Shown piece after piece: positions 7,674-18,067 of a stretch of 64,000 bases of DNA (positions are counted from its first letter, which is position 1; each line of letters opens with the position of its first letter). A program made the translations under genes and the position numbers. Source of the stretch: Vicinamibacterales bacterium (GTDB lineage: Bacteria > Acidobacteriota > Vicinamibacteria > Vicinamibacterales > UBA8438); NCBI GenBank assembly GCA_965199675.1, contig CBDATI010000015.1, positions 98,217 to 162,216 on the forward strand, written 5' to 3'. The notes below the pieces were generated by a model. That model was not told where the DNA came from. It worked only from the letters and a program-made list of their open reading frames with translations, and searched no databases.

Positions 7674-10410
7674 ATGGTGCGAGCCGTCGCCGCCGCCCTG
7701 GTCGCGGTGCTGGTCGGGGCCGTCCCCGCCGGCGCCGGTGCGCCCGGCCCGCGCCTGCTTTCCCCGGGGGGGACCCCGGTGGAGAGCACTGCGCCCGCCG
7801 CGGGCGGGATCTCGGCGGCGAGCGCTGCGTCCGCCGCGGGCGGGACTCCGGCGCAGCGTGCGGCGCCCGCCGCGGGCGGGACTCCGGCGCAGATCGCTGC
7901 GCCTGCCGCGGGCGGGACCCCGGCGCAGAGCGCTGCGCCTGCCGCGGGCGGGACCCCGGCGCAGCGTGCGGCGCCGGCGCGGTCGCCGCAACGCGCTCTC
8001 CTCGATCGGTACTGCGTCACCTGCCACAACCAGCGGCTGCAGACGGGCGGACTCGCCCTCGACGTCGCAGACGTGTCGCGCGTCGGCGACGCCCCCGACC
8101 TCTGGGAGCGGGTGGTCCTGAAGCTGCGCGGTGGCATGATGCCGCCGGCCGGCCGGCCGCGTCCCGACGGGCCGGCTCTCGGCGCGCTGCGCGGGTGGCT
8201 CGAGGCCGAGCTCGACCGCACCGCCGCCGCGACCGTCGAACCGGGTCGCGTGCCCACCCACCGCCTGAACCGGGCCGAGTACGCCAACGCCGTCCGCGAC
8301 CTCCTCGCGCTCGAGATCGATGCCGAGGCGCTGCTGCCGGCCGACGACACCGGCCACGGGTTCGACAACCTCGCGGGCACCCTCGCACTCTCGCCGGCCC
8401 TGATGGAGCGCTACCTGTCGGCGGCCCGGCGCATCAGCCGCCTGGCCGTCGGCGATCCCGCCATCGGGCCGGGCCTGACCTCGCGCACCTACACCGTCCC
8501 GATCGCGATGACCCAGAACGACCGCATGAGCGAGGCGCTGCCGTTCGGGTCGCGCGGCCGGCTCGCGGTGCGGCACCGCTTTCCCCTCGACGGCGAGTAC
8601 GTCTTCACCGTCCGGCTGAAGCGGAGCGTCTATGAGTACATCGTCAACCTCGACGAGGCCCACGACCTCGACGTGCGGATCGACGGCCGGCGGGTGGCCC
8701 GGTTCACCGTGGGCGGGGCGGCGCCGGGGAAGCCGGCCCCGGTCAGCTTCTCGGGCACGTTCGTGGCGGCCGGGGCCTCGGCCTACCCGACCCAGGACTG
8801 GGACGACTACCGGACCGGGGCCGACGCGGACCTCGTCGTGCGCGTCCCGGTTCGGGCCGGCGCCCGGGTCGTCGGGGTGGCGTTCGCCGACAGGTCGTGG
8901 GAGCACGAGGGTGTGCTGCAGCCCGATCTCCGGGAGTACGGCGCCACCGTCACCGAGACCACCGACACGTCGACCCGACCCGAGGGACCCGGCCTGGAGA
9001 GCGTGACGGTCGACGGACCCTACGCGGCGACGGGACCGGGCGAGACCGCGAGCCGGTCGCGCATCTTCGTCTGTCGGCCCGACGGCGCGGACGCCGGCGG
9101 GGAGGCCTGCGCCCGGTCGATTCTCGCCCGCCTCGCCCGGCGCGCGTACCGCCGGCCCGTGGGTGCCGCCGACCTCGACCCGCTGCTCGCCTTCTACCGC
9201 GAGGGACGGACGACCCACCGGGAGGGCAGCGCGGCGGACCCCGCGCAGGGACGGGAGGCGGCGGGCTTCGAGGCGGGCATCCAGAGCGCGATCGAGCGTC
9301 TCCTCATCGACCCCGAGTTCCTCTTCCGCATCGAGCGCGACCCGGCCGGCGTGGCCCCCGGTGCGCCCTACCGGCTCACCGACCTGGAGCTCGCCTCGCG
9401 GCTGTCGTTCTTCCTCTGGAGCAGCATTCCCGACGACGAGCTCCTCGACCTCGCGGCGCGGCGCCGGCTCTCTGACCGCGGCGTGCTCCAGGGCCAGGTG
9501 CGGCGCATGCTGGCGGACGCCCGCGCGTCGGCCCTCGTCGACAACTTCGCCGGCCAGTGGCTGTCCCTGCGCAGTGTCGAGGGCATCGCGCCCGACCCGA
9601 ACCTCTTCCCCGGCTTCGACGAGAACCTGCGCGAGGCGTTGCGGCGCGAGACCGAGCTGTTCTTCGAGAGCCAGCTTCGCGAGGACCGCAGCGTCGTCGA
9701 GCTGCTCTCGGCCGACTACACGTTCCTGAACGAGCGGCTGGCCCGGCACTACGGTATTCGCGGCATCGCCGGCAGCCGCTACCGGCGGGTGACCCTGGCC
9801 GACAAGGGACCCGCCGCGGCCCGGCGCCTCGGCCTGCTCGGCCACGGCAGCATCCTCGCCGTGACCTCCTACGGCAACCGCACCTCGCCGGTGCTCCGGG
9901 CGAAGTGGCTGCTCGAGAACGTGCTGGGGACGCCGCCCGCCCCGCCCCCCGCCGGACATCCCGCCCCTGCCCGCGGGGGGCGAGTCGGGCGAGCCGCGCA
10001 CGGTGCGCGAGCGGCTCTCGCGGCACCGGGCGAACCCCGCCTGCGCCGCCTGCCACGCGCCGATGGACCCGCTGGGCTTCGCGCTCGAGAACTTCGACGC
10101 CATCGGCCGGTGGCGGACGAGCGACGCAGGGCTGCCCGTCGACGCCTCGGCCGTCCTCGCCGACGGGCTCACCACGTTCGAGGGCCCCGGCGGGCTGCGG
10201 CGGGTGCTGCTCGACCGCTCGGACCAGTTCGTCGAGACGGTGGCCGAGAAGCTGCTCGTCTATGCCCTCGGTCGCGGCGTCGAGTCGCACGACCGCCCGG
10301 TCATTCGCAGCATCGTGCGGGCCGCGGCGGCCGACGACCACCGGTGGTCGTCGCTCGTCCTGGGCATCGTCGAGAGCGCGCCGTTCCGGATGCGGAGGTC
10401 GGAGTCATGA
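7674..10410 (+). pseudogene. DUF1592/DUF1595/DUF1588/DUF1585-family protein with N-terminal CxxCH (copy 1); frameshift in a C6 run near 9945-9950
   Basis: Collinear with the intact paralog 21469..23877 (LLDRYCVTCHNQRL..., FFLWSSIPDDELLDLA, DNFAGQWL, SYGNRTSPVLRAKWLLENVLGTPP). After GTPPAPPP the frame is nonsense. The DUF1585-like end (DIPPLPAGGE..RERLSRHRANPACAACHAPMDPLGFALENFD...) continues in the next frame as ORF 10003..10410. Confidence 0.7.
7787..7972 (+). repeat. 36-bp tandem repeat (~5 units) encoding (A/S)PAAGGTPAQxA in the linker after the signal peptide
   Basis: Protein reads APAAGGISAASA ASAAGGTPAQRA APAAGGTPAQIA APAAGGTPAQSA APAAGGTPAQRA. The paralog at 21469 lacks this block. 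Confidence 0.8.
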
Positions 10411-11779
10411 TCATCACGAGGAAGGCGCTGCCCCGGCGGACGGTGCTGCGCGGGGTCGGGGCGGCGGTGGCCCTGCCCCTGCTCGACGGCATGGTGCCGG
10501 CGGCGACCGCCCTCGCCCGGACCGCGGCGCGGCCGGTTCCCCGGTTCGGCGTCGTCTACATCCCCAACGGGGTCGTCCTCGACGAGTGGACCCCCGCCGA
10601 TGTGGGCGCGGGGTTCGCGTTCTCGCCGATCCTCGCGCCCCTCGAGCCGTTCCGCGACCGGGTGCTGGTGCTGAGCGGCCTCACCCAGAACGTGAACGGC
10701 CTGACCGCGCGGAGCGGGGCGGTGCACGGCCGCTGCGCGACGAAGTTCCTCACCGGCGCCATCCCCCGGCCGTTCGGGCAGGAGGGCAACGACTTCCTCG
10801 CCGACGTCTCGCTCGACCAGCTCGTCGCGCGGGAGATCGGCGGGGAGACGCCCATCGGCTCGCTCGAGCTGTCGCTGGAGTCGGGCGACAAGGGGGCGGG
10901 GACCTGCGACGGCGGCTACAGTTGCACCTACAGCCACACCATCTCGTGGCGCGGGCCGCGCACCCCGCTGCCGATGGAGCACAACCCGCGGGTGGTGTTC
11001 GAGCGGATGTTCGGCGACGGCGGCAGCACCGACCCCGCCGCACGGCGGGCGCGGGCTGCGCGTCGCCGCAGCCTCCTCGACTCGGTCCGCGGCAAGGCGG
11101 CCGACCTGAGGCGCGGCCTCGGCCCGAGCGACGCGGCCCGGCTGGGCGAGTACCTCGACGCGGTGCGCGACATCGAGCGGCGCATCCAGCGGGCCGAGGC
11201 GCAGTCGGCGCGCGAGCTGCCGGCGTTCGACCAGCCGGCGGGGGTTCCCGCGGGCTTCGCCGACCACGCGCGGCTCATGTTCGACCTGCAGGTGCTCGCG
11301 TGGCAGAGCGACCTGACCCGGGTCATCACGTTCATGGTCGGCCGCGAGTTCAGCAGCCGCACCTATCCCGAGATCGGCGCCCCCGGCGGGCACCATCCGC
11401 TGTCGCACGAGGGCAGCGCGGCGAGCCGCGAGCAGCTCGTCCGCATCAACCGGCACCACGCCGAGCAGTTCGCCTACTACCTCGACCGGTTGGCCGCGAC
11501 CCCCGACGGCGACGGGACGCTGCTCGATCACGCCGTCGTCTACTACGGGGCGGGCATGGCCGAGGGCGACCACCGGCCGTGGAACCTGCCGCTGGTGGTG
11601 GCTGGCGGCGGCGGGGGACGGCTCGCGGGCGGCCGGCACATCCGGTATGCGGGCGCGACGGGGGGCGGTCGGTCGGTCGACGGGGGCACCCCCTCGCGAA
11701 TCTGCACGTGACGGTACTAGAGAAGCTGGGCATGCGCGTCGACCGCCTCCACGACAGTACGGGGCGGCTGGACTTGTAG
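10407..11779 (+). pseudogene. DUF1552-family Tat-exported protein (copy 1); frameshift near 11655-11685
   Basis: ATGA overlap with the upstream stop. MIITRKALPRRTVLRGVGAAVALPLLDGMVP matches the paralog MFITRTHLPRRTVLRGLGATVALPLLDAMVP. The conserved end HPLANLHVTVLEKLGMRVDRLHDSTGRLDL* lies in another frame ending at 11779. G6 and G5/C5 runs occur at the shift. Confidence 0.7.
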
Positions 11780-11941
11780 GCGCAAGGAGGACAGCGCTGC
11801 CCCGCGTCGGCGGCAACGACCCGAGAATCAGGGCGTGGGAGTCTGCGCCGCAGAACACGGAGTTGGAGAGCGGTGCTTCACCCAGGTCGCGTTGATGCCG
11901 GTGGGGTCTACGAGAAGACCCTGGCCGGGGGCTGCCGGTAC

Positions 11942-13918
11942 ATGTGGCGGTTCGGCTCGAGGCTGCTGCTGGCGGCGGCGTGCTGCGGCGGTTCCGCTGT
12001 CGCCCTCGCCCAGACGGGCACGCCCGGCGTGTCTCCGTTGATCACGGCGGTGCGCAACGGCGACGTGGACGAGCTGCGCGCCCACCTCGCCGGGCCGGTC
12101 GACGTGAACGCACGGCAGCCGGACGGCGCGACCGCCCTGCACTGGGCGGCGCATCACGAGGACATGGCCGCGGCCGACCTGCTGATCGGGGCCGGCGCTG
12201 ACGTCGACGCGGCCAACGACCTCGGGATGACCCCGCTGCTCATGGCCTGCCGCCGCGGCCACGGCGCCCTCGTCGAGCGGCTGCTCCACGCCGGCGCGGC
12301 GGTCGATGCGGTGCTCCCCTCTGGAGAGACCGCCCTGATGGCGGCGGCCCGCGCGGGCAGCCTCGAGGCGGTGAGGGGCCTGCTGACGCGGGGGGCGCCG
12401 GTGAATGCGGTCGAGGCGACGCGCGGCCAGACCGCCCTGATGTGGGCGGCCGCGAACCGGCGGCCGAGGGTGGTGCGGGCGCTGTTGGCCGCCGGCGCCG
12501 ACGTCGGCCCCGGACCGCGACCCGGCGGCGCGTGTACAACATGGGCGGCAGCCGATCGGCTGGATCGGCGTCGCAGGGCATCGCCCTCGAAGAGGTGGCC
12601 GAGGGCGGCAGCACGGCGCTGCTGTTCGCGGCGCGTTCGGGCGACGTCGAGTCGGCCCGTCTGCTGCTCGCGGCCGGCGCCGACCCCGACGACACCGCCG
12701 CCGACGGCAACACCGCCCTCGTGATTGCCGCGCACAGCGGTCACGGCTCCTGGCCGCGCTGCTGCTCGATGCGGGGGCCGACCCCGACGCCGCTCCCCTC
12801 GGTTACACCGCACTGCATGCGGCGGTGCTGCGGGGCACGCTGCGCGACCGCGGCGTTCCGAACGACGATCCGGGCGCCGGCCTGCCCCTCGTGCGCGCGC
12901 TGGCTCGCGGCCGGGGCCGACCCCGACCCGCGCCTCGCTCGAGGCACGCCGGTGCGGCGCTGGAGCCACGATTTCGCGTTCATGGACCGTTGGGTCGGCG
13001 CGACCCCATTCTGGCTGGCCGCACGGTTTCTCGAGATCGGGATGATGCAGGTCCTCGCCGACGCCGGGGCGGACCCGCACGCCGCGAGCCGCGACGGCGC
13101 CACGCCGCTCATGGCCGCGGCCGGGCTGGGTTACAACCGGGGCGGCGGGAGCGCGTTCATCCGCGACCGCCGTGACTTCTCGTCGTACAACCCGGTGGAG
13201 TCGGCCGCGCTCGGGTCCACCATCCCCGCGGCCGAGGAACAGCGGACCCTCGATGCGGTCGCGGCCGTCCTCGCCGCCGGCGCCCGTGTCAACGCAACCA
13301 ACGACGCCGGCGACACCGCCCTCCACGCCGCCGCCTCGCACGGCATGAACCGGGTCATCCGGTTGTTGGCCGACCGCGGCGCCGACCTCCGGGCCAGGAA
13401 CCGCCGCGGACAGGCGCCGGTCGACCTCGCCGTCTACGCCGACGGCATCGCCGGCGACCGGTACTCCCGCACCGCCACGGCAGCACTTCTGCGCACCCTG
13501 GCGGAGGCCCCCTCCGTTCGCCGTCCGGAGGCGGCGCCGCCCGGCCTCGCAGAAGCGGAGGCGACGGCCCCTCCGGCCGCTCCCGGCCGACGCCCCGTCG
13601 CGCGGGGGCTGACCAACCCCGTGGCGCACACGGCGGCGGCGGTGGCGGCGGGGGCCGCCGCCTATGCGACGCACTGCGCCGCGTGCCACGGCGCCAACGG
13701 CCGCGGCGACGGCGTCCTTGCCGCCGCGACCGCCGCCTACGGTCCGCGCCCTTCCGACCTCGCCGACCCGACGTGGCGCCACGGTGGCAGCGACGGCGAG
13801 ATCTTCACCGTCATCCGCGACGGCATCGGCCCACGACTTCGCCATGGACGCCTTCGGCGACCGGCTCTCCGAGACGGACATCTGGCGCGTGGTGGTCTTT
13901 CTCAGGAGCCTGAGGTAG
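11942..13918 (+). pseudogene. Ankyrin-repeat protein with C-terminal cytochrome c domain; at least 4 frameshifts
   Basis: Signal peptide MWRFGSRLLLAAACCGGSAVALAQ. ANK repeats (GATALHWAAHHEDMAAADLLIGAGADVDA.., GMTPLLMACRRGH.., GETALMAAARAGS..). Sense continues through frame changes near 12525, 12745, 12900 and 13840. C-terminus reads YATHCAACHGANGRGDG...EIFTVIRDGIGP / DFAMDAFGDRLSETDIWRVVVFLRSLR*. Confidence 0.6.
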
Positions 13919-13981
13919 AGGTCCCGGCGGGTGGGGGCGGCGACGGGTTCGCCTCTTGACTCTCGACGTCGTCGTGAGCTA

Positions 13982-13999
13982 CCTTACCGCAGGGTAAGG
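13982..13999. promoter_or_regulatory. Inverted repeat (possible operator) just upstream of vapB
   Basis: ccttacc-gcag-ggtaagg lies 17 nt upstream of the ATG. TA antitoxins commonly autoregulate through such palindromes. Confidence 0.3.
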
Positions 14000-14015
14000 A
14001 TTGGAGAAAAAGGTA

Positions 14016-14261
14016 ATGCAGGCGACGATGACCACCAAGGGACAGGTGACTCTGCCCAAACCGATTCGCGACAAGCTCCACCTCAGACCGGGTGACAAGA
14101 TCGACTTCGTGCTCGACGGCGACGTCGTGCGAGTCACGCCGGTCACCGCGTCGGTCACTGCGCTGAAGGGCATGGTGCCGAGACCGGCGGCGCCGGTCAG
14201 CCTCGACGAGATGGATGCGGCGATTGCCCGGGCGGCCGCCCGCCGTTCGTCCAGCCGATGA
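14016..14261 (+). CDS. vapB: AbrB/SpoVT-type antitoxin (VapB-like)
   Basis: MQATMTTKGQVTLPKPIRDKLHLRPGDKIDFVLDGDVVRVTPV is a looped-hinge-helix signature. GGAG lies 9 nt upstream of ATG 14016. The stop overlaps the start of the PIN gene. Confidence 0.75.
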   Translation: MQATMTTKGQVTLPKPIRDKLHLRPGDKIDFVLDGDVVRVTPVTASVTALKGMVPRPAAPVSLDEMDAAIARAAARRSSSR

Positions 14262-14657
14262 TCGGTCTCGACACCAACGTCCTCGTGCGCTACATCGTGC
14301 AAGACGATCCTGACCAGGCGGCGGCCGCGGCGCGCCTCATCGAGGGCCGTTGCACGGCGCGTTCGACCGGCTACGTCAACGTGCTCGTGCTGGTCGAGCT
14401 GGTGTGGGTCCTGACGACCGCCTATCGGCAGGGCAGGGCCGCGGTCGTTTCGGTGATTCGCCAGATACTGCGAACCGCCGAGCTCACGGTCGAGGATCGC
14501 GACACGGTTCTGGCGGGCCCTGCGCGAGTTCGAATCGGGCGCCGCCGACTTCGCCGACTGCCTGATTGCCCATCGCGACCACGCCCGCGGCTGTGCCTGC
14601 ACCTTTACCTTCGATCGGCGGGCGGCCCGCGGCAACCACTTCGCTCTCGTGACCTGA
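14258..14657 (+). pseudogene. vapC: PIN-domain toxin VapC with a 1-nt frameshift near 14513-14519
   Basis: MIGLDTNVLVRYIV.. is a PIN N-terminus. After ..EDRDTVLA the annotated frame becomes Arg/Pro nonsense. The next frame gives LREFESGAADFADCLIAHRDHARGCACTFTFDRRAARGNHFALVT*, a typical PIN C-terminus. Confidence 0.7.
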
Positions 14658-14713
14658 CCGCGTTCCGGTGGTTCCGGTAGCGCGCGGCGACGCCGGTACG
14701 ATCTGGCGGGCCC

Positions 14714-15724
14714 GTGCACCCGAACCCGCAGCACGAGCAGCTCGCCCCGAATCAACTCCTCACAATCACGGGAACGGGTCTGGGGCCGCCGCCGTTGTAC
14801 AATCCCGGCTTTCGATCCCTCGTGGGGAAGGACCGGTCATGCGGAGCAGAACGTGGATCGGCGCAAGCGCCGTCGTCGCTGGTGTGGACCATCCTCGGGC
14901 TGGCCCCGGCCGTGGCTCAGGAGGTGGGGCCGGCCGCCGGATCGCTGGTCATCGTCGGCGGGGCGATGCAGGACCCCGCCATCGTCGAGCGGTTCGTCCA
15001 GCTCGCGGGTGGTTCCGAGGCGCCGATCGTCGTCATTCCGACCGCCGGAGGCGGGGAGACCTACGACCAGTACTACCCGGGCCTTCGCGCGTTCCGCGAG
15101 GCCGGGGCCGCCGACCTGACGGTGTTGCACACCACCGACCGGGCGGTGGCCGACGACCCCGCGTTCAGCGCGCCGTTGCGGCGGGCGCGCGGGGTGTGGT
15201 TCCCCGGCGGGCGGCAGTGGCGCCTCGCCGACGCCTATCTGGGCACGCGCGTACACGAAGAGATTGCCGCTGTGCTCGGACGCGGCGGGGTGGTCGGAGG
15301 CTCGTCGGCCGGGGCGACCATCCTCGGCTCGTATCTCGTGCGCGGCGACACCGCCACCAACACCATCATGATGGGCGACCACGAAGAGGGCTTCGGCTTT
15401 CTCCGCGACACCGCCATCGACCAGCACCTGCTGCGGCGCAACCGCCAGTTCGATCTGATCGAGGTCGTCGAGGCCCACCCCCACCTGCTGGGCATCGGCA
15501 TCGATGAGGACACCGCCATCGTCGTCGAGGGCGACGAATTCGAGGTGATGGGGCAGAGCTACGTCGTCATCTACGATCACGAACGGCGGCTCGACTCGGG
15601 GGGGCGGTTCTACTTCCTGGCCGCCGGAGACCGGTACGACCTGAGACGTCGCCAGGGCTACCGCGTGCAGCGGGTGGCCCGCCCCTTCGATCGGGTGGTG
15701 GAGCGGGCTTGGCCGACGCGGTGA
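14714..15724 (+). CDS. Cyanophycinase-like peptidase (family S51); true start uncertain
   Basis: GSLVIVGGAM..APIVVIPTAGG...VWFPGGRQW...VVGGSSAGATILG (GxSxG nucleophile)...AIDQHLLRRNR. A signal peptide seems split between frames: ATG 14839 MRSRTWIGASAVVA.. versus ..LVWTILGLAPAVAQE. This suggests another indel near 14865 or an alternative start. Confidence 0.65.
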   Translation: MHPNPQHEQLAPNQLLTITGTGLGPPPLYNPGFRSLVGKDRSCGAERGSAQAPSSLVWTILGLAPAVAQEVGPAAGSLVIVGGAMQDPAIVERFVQLAGGSEAPIVVIPTAGGGETYDQYYPGLRAFREAGAADLTVLHTTDRAVADDPAFSAPLRRARGVWFPGGRQWRLADAYLGTRVHEEIAAVLGRGGVVGGSSAGATILGSYLVRGDTATNTIMMGDHEEGFGFLRDTAIDQHLLRRNRQFDLIEVVEAHPHLLGIGIDEDTAIVVEGDEFEVMGQSYVVIYDHERRLDSGGRFYFLAAGDRYDLRRRQGYRVQRVARPFDRVVERAWPTR

Positions 15725-15776
15725 TGCCGGAAGCCCTGCGGGCCGGGGTCTGCGCCGCAGACGGGGCGTGCTCTCG

Positions 15777-16631
15777 TCAGGGGCGGTTGGGCGGCGGGCC
15801 CGCCGCCCTCGTGCGGCGCGCCCGCCCCGACCGGAACAGGACGCCGGTTGCGACGGCGGCGCCGAGCGCCGGGACCAGCAGCACGAGGGCGCCCCACGCG
15901 AGCACCGGGGCGCCGGTGAGCGGGTCGTAATCGAAGCAGCGGAAGAGCACGTCGCCGGGCAGGGGATAGCTCGCGACGAACTGACCGCGTGCCTCGCGCA
16001 CCACCTCGCCGAGCCGCACCGCCGTCACCGACCCTCCCACGAGCAGCCTCGCCACCCGGCCGTCGCGGATGCCAACGAGGAGGGCGGGGTGGTCGAACTG
16101 CCGCCGATCCTCGTCCCATTCGAACCAGAAGCCGAGGGCTCGGGCAAGCCGCTCGACGTCGGTCGGGTCGGCCACCCCGAGCACCCAGCCCGGATGTCCG
16201 GTCACCCCGAGGTGATCGCCCGTGCGCTGCAGGTCGTGCGGCGTGTCGCGGGGGTCGAAGCTGATGACCACCCGCCGCACGTCGTCGGGCAGGTCGAGGG
16301 CCTCGTCTGCTCGTCGCAAGGCGCGCAGGTAGGGTGAGCAGATGCCGGCGCACCGGGTGAAGACCATCGTGAGGACGAGCGGCCCGTCCCCCCACAGCGC
16401 AGAGAGCTGCGTGGGCCCGGCAGGGGTGCGCACCGCGATGTCGGGCACCGGCCGGTTCAGATAGCGGGTCTCGTCGGGCGGGCGATCGGGGGCGGTCACG
16501 CCCACGCTCGACGGCGAGCGTGGGGGCGCGTCGTTCGCCGCCGCGACGGTCCCGGGGCCGCATCCGGCGAGGAGCGCGGCGAAGCAGGCCGCCCCGCGCC
16601 CGCCGGTCAGGCGCGCAGGGCGTGAACGCAC
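15777..16631 (-). CDS. SCO1/SenC-like thioredoxin-fold copper chaperone (lipoprotein, C-terminal TM)
   Basis: GTG start gives VRSRPARLTGGRGAACFAALLAGCG (lipobox). CxxxC motif in MVFTRCAGICSPYL. It overlaps the 3' end of subunit I by ~25 nt. Confidence 0.65.
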   Translation of the reverse strand: MRSRPARLTGGRGAACFAALLAGCGPGTVAAANDAPPRSPSSVGVTAPDRPPDETRYLNRPVPDIAVRTPAGPTQLSALWGDGPLVLTMVFTRCAGICSPYLRALRRADEALDLPDDVRRVVISFDPRDTPHDLQRTGDHLGVTGHPGWVLGVADPTDVERLARALGFWFEWDEDRRQFDHPALLVGIRDGRVARLLVGGSVTAVRLGEVVREARGQFVASYPLPGDVLFRCFDYDPLTGAPVLAWGALVLLVPALGAAVATGVLFRSGRARRTRAAGPPPNRP

Positions 16632-18067
16632 CGTCGTCCCGTGTCCCACAGGTACAGTCCCAGGCCCCCGAACAGCACGAGAATGAAGACCAGCGAGAGG
16701 TTGGCGAAGAAGGGCCCGCTCGCCAGCTCCTCGGGATAGGCCGCGAACCGCCGGGGCACGGCATCGGCGCCGGCGAGGTAGAACGAGAGCATCAGGCCGT
16801 AGCCGCCCACGACGAGGTGCGCGGCCGTGACTCGCGAGCGCCGGAGGTTCTCCGTCTCCGCCGTCAGGCTCACCACGAGGTGATACACGCCCCCGAGAGT
16901 CATCAGAACCACGCCCATCAGGTAGTAGGTGTGGAAGTGCGCGGGCACCCACAGGGTGTTGTGGAAGGCCTGGTTGACGACGATCGTCGAATCGATGACG
17001 GCGGCGACGCCGCCGATCGCCCACCCCATGACCCCGAGGTACAGCAGGGTGGGGGCGAGGCTCCAGCGGATTGCCGACCGGTAGGTCAGCACCAGGGTGC
17101 TGAAGATGGTGACGACGGCGGCGGGCACCGAGACCAGGTAGGAGGAGAGCTGGCCCAGCACCTGCATCCAGCGCGGCTGCGCGAAGTCCATGTAGAGGTG
17201 GTGCAGGTACGCGAACATCACGAGGGCGAGAACCGTGTTCCAGGAGAGGACGACCAGGGTGTTGGTCTTCCACGGCCGCCCGGTGTACGCGGGCATTATC
17301 TCGTAGACGAGGGCCACGCCGAAGTACATCGTGATGTTCACGAGCATGTGCCCGAAGTAGAACGTCAGGTTCTTGATGAGCAGGGCGTCGTTGGCGGCCC
17401 CGCCGCCGAGCGCCTCCCAGCCGATGAGCGCGAGAATGACGACGGCGGCGACGAGGCCGGCGAGAACGCCGATGCAACTGACGGTGGCGATGATGACGAT
17501 CGGCGGCACCTCGGGTTCGCTGCGGCCCGACAAGTAGTGCCACCCGAGGGCTTCGCGCACCCCGTACCGCGCGGCGATCGCGCGCAGGACGTCGCCCGAC
17601 CAGAGCGTCCACGCCACGCCGAGCACGGCGAGGGCGGCGAAGAGGGAAGCGGTGGCCCAGCCCGGCCACGTCCCGCCGGAGAAGAAGGGCAGCGGATACA
17701 GGAAGTACCAGCCGACTCCCAGCCGGCCCACGAGCGTCGCCGCCACCAGCAGCACGACCCCGACCACCGTCATGCCGAGGGCGATGCGCGACACCGCAAG
17801 GCTGGGTCGTACGTACCGAGTCAGGAGGAAGCTCATGGCGGCGAGACCCGCCACGAACCAGACGCCGACCATGCCCAGCCCGTGCAGGGTCATGAAGGCG
17901 TAGAACCACTCGGGTGGGGTGGCGGCGAAGTACCCCGCCTGCAGCGTGCGCATGACCCCGCCGAGGAGGGCCAGGATGGGGAAGAGCACGAGCCCGACGA
18001 CCACCCAGACGAGGGTGAGGCGGGTCATCTGCGCCGTATAGCGGTCCGCGGCTGCTGCGTCGCTCAT
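16607..18067 (-). CDS. Heme-copper oxidase superfamily subunit I (short, 486 aa; Tyr-to-Asn at the cross-link position)
   Basis: All six His ligands can be aligned: TLHG, FYFGHMLVN, AYLHHLYMD, WVPAHFHTYY. GHMLVN aligns to GHPEVY/GHPIVY of A/B-type oxidases. Its ATG overlaps the stop of subunit II (TGATG). Confidence 0.85.
   Translation of the reverse strand: MSDAAAADRYTAQMTRLTLVWVVVGLVLFPILALLGGVMRTLQAGYFAATPPEWFYAFMTLHGLGMVGVWFVAGLAAMSFLLTRYVRPSLAVSRIALGMTVVGVVLLVAATLVGRLGVGWYFLYPLPFFSGGTWPGWATASLFAALAVLGVAWTLWSGDVLRAIAARYGVREALGWHYLSGRSEPEVPPIVIIATVSCIGVLAGLVAAVVILALIGWEALGGGAANDALLIKNLTFYFGHMLVNITMYFGVALVYEIMPAYTGRPWKTNTLVVLSWNTVLALVMFAYLHHLYMDFAQPRWMQVLGQLSSYLVSVPAAVVTIFSTLVLTYRSAIRWSLAPTLLYLGVMGWAIGGVAAVIDSTIVVNQAFHNTLWVPAHFHTYYLMGVVLMTLGGVYHLVVSLTAETENLRRSRVTAAHLVVGGYGLMLSFYLAGADAVPRRFAAYPEELASGPFFANLSLVFILVLFGGLGLYLWDTGRRCVHALRA

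Noticed and set aside
7167-10175. 1002-aa minus-strand ORF. Similar very long antisense ORFs occur at 1590..3554(-), 4816..7524(+), 21391..23949(-), 27493..30456(-), 30975..33455(-), 51867..54125(+) and 56844..59318(-).
   Set aside because: Their translations are Arg/Gly/Pro/Ala-rich low-complexity strings with no recognisable motifs. They lie exactly antisense to ORFs with clear family signatures. These are the shadow ORFs expected in GC-rich DNA with few stop codons.
7674-11711. Single 1345-aa ORF that looks like a giant fusion protein.
   Set aside because: It results from two frameshifts that return to the same frame. Sense sequence belongs to two genes (DUF1592-type and DUF1552) that overlap at ATGA 10407. 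The segment 9950-10400 in this frame is nonsense, while ORF 10003..10410 carries the conserved C-terminus.
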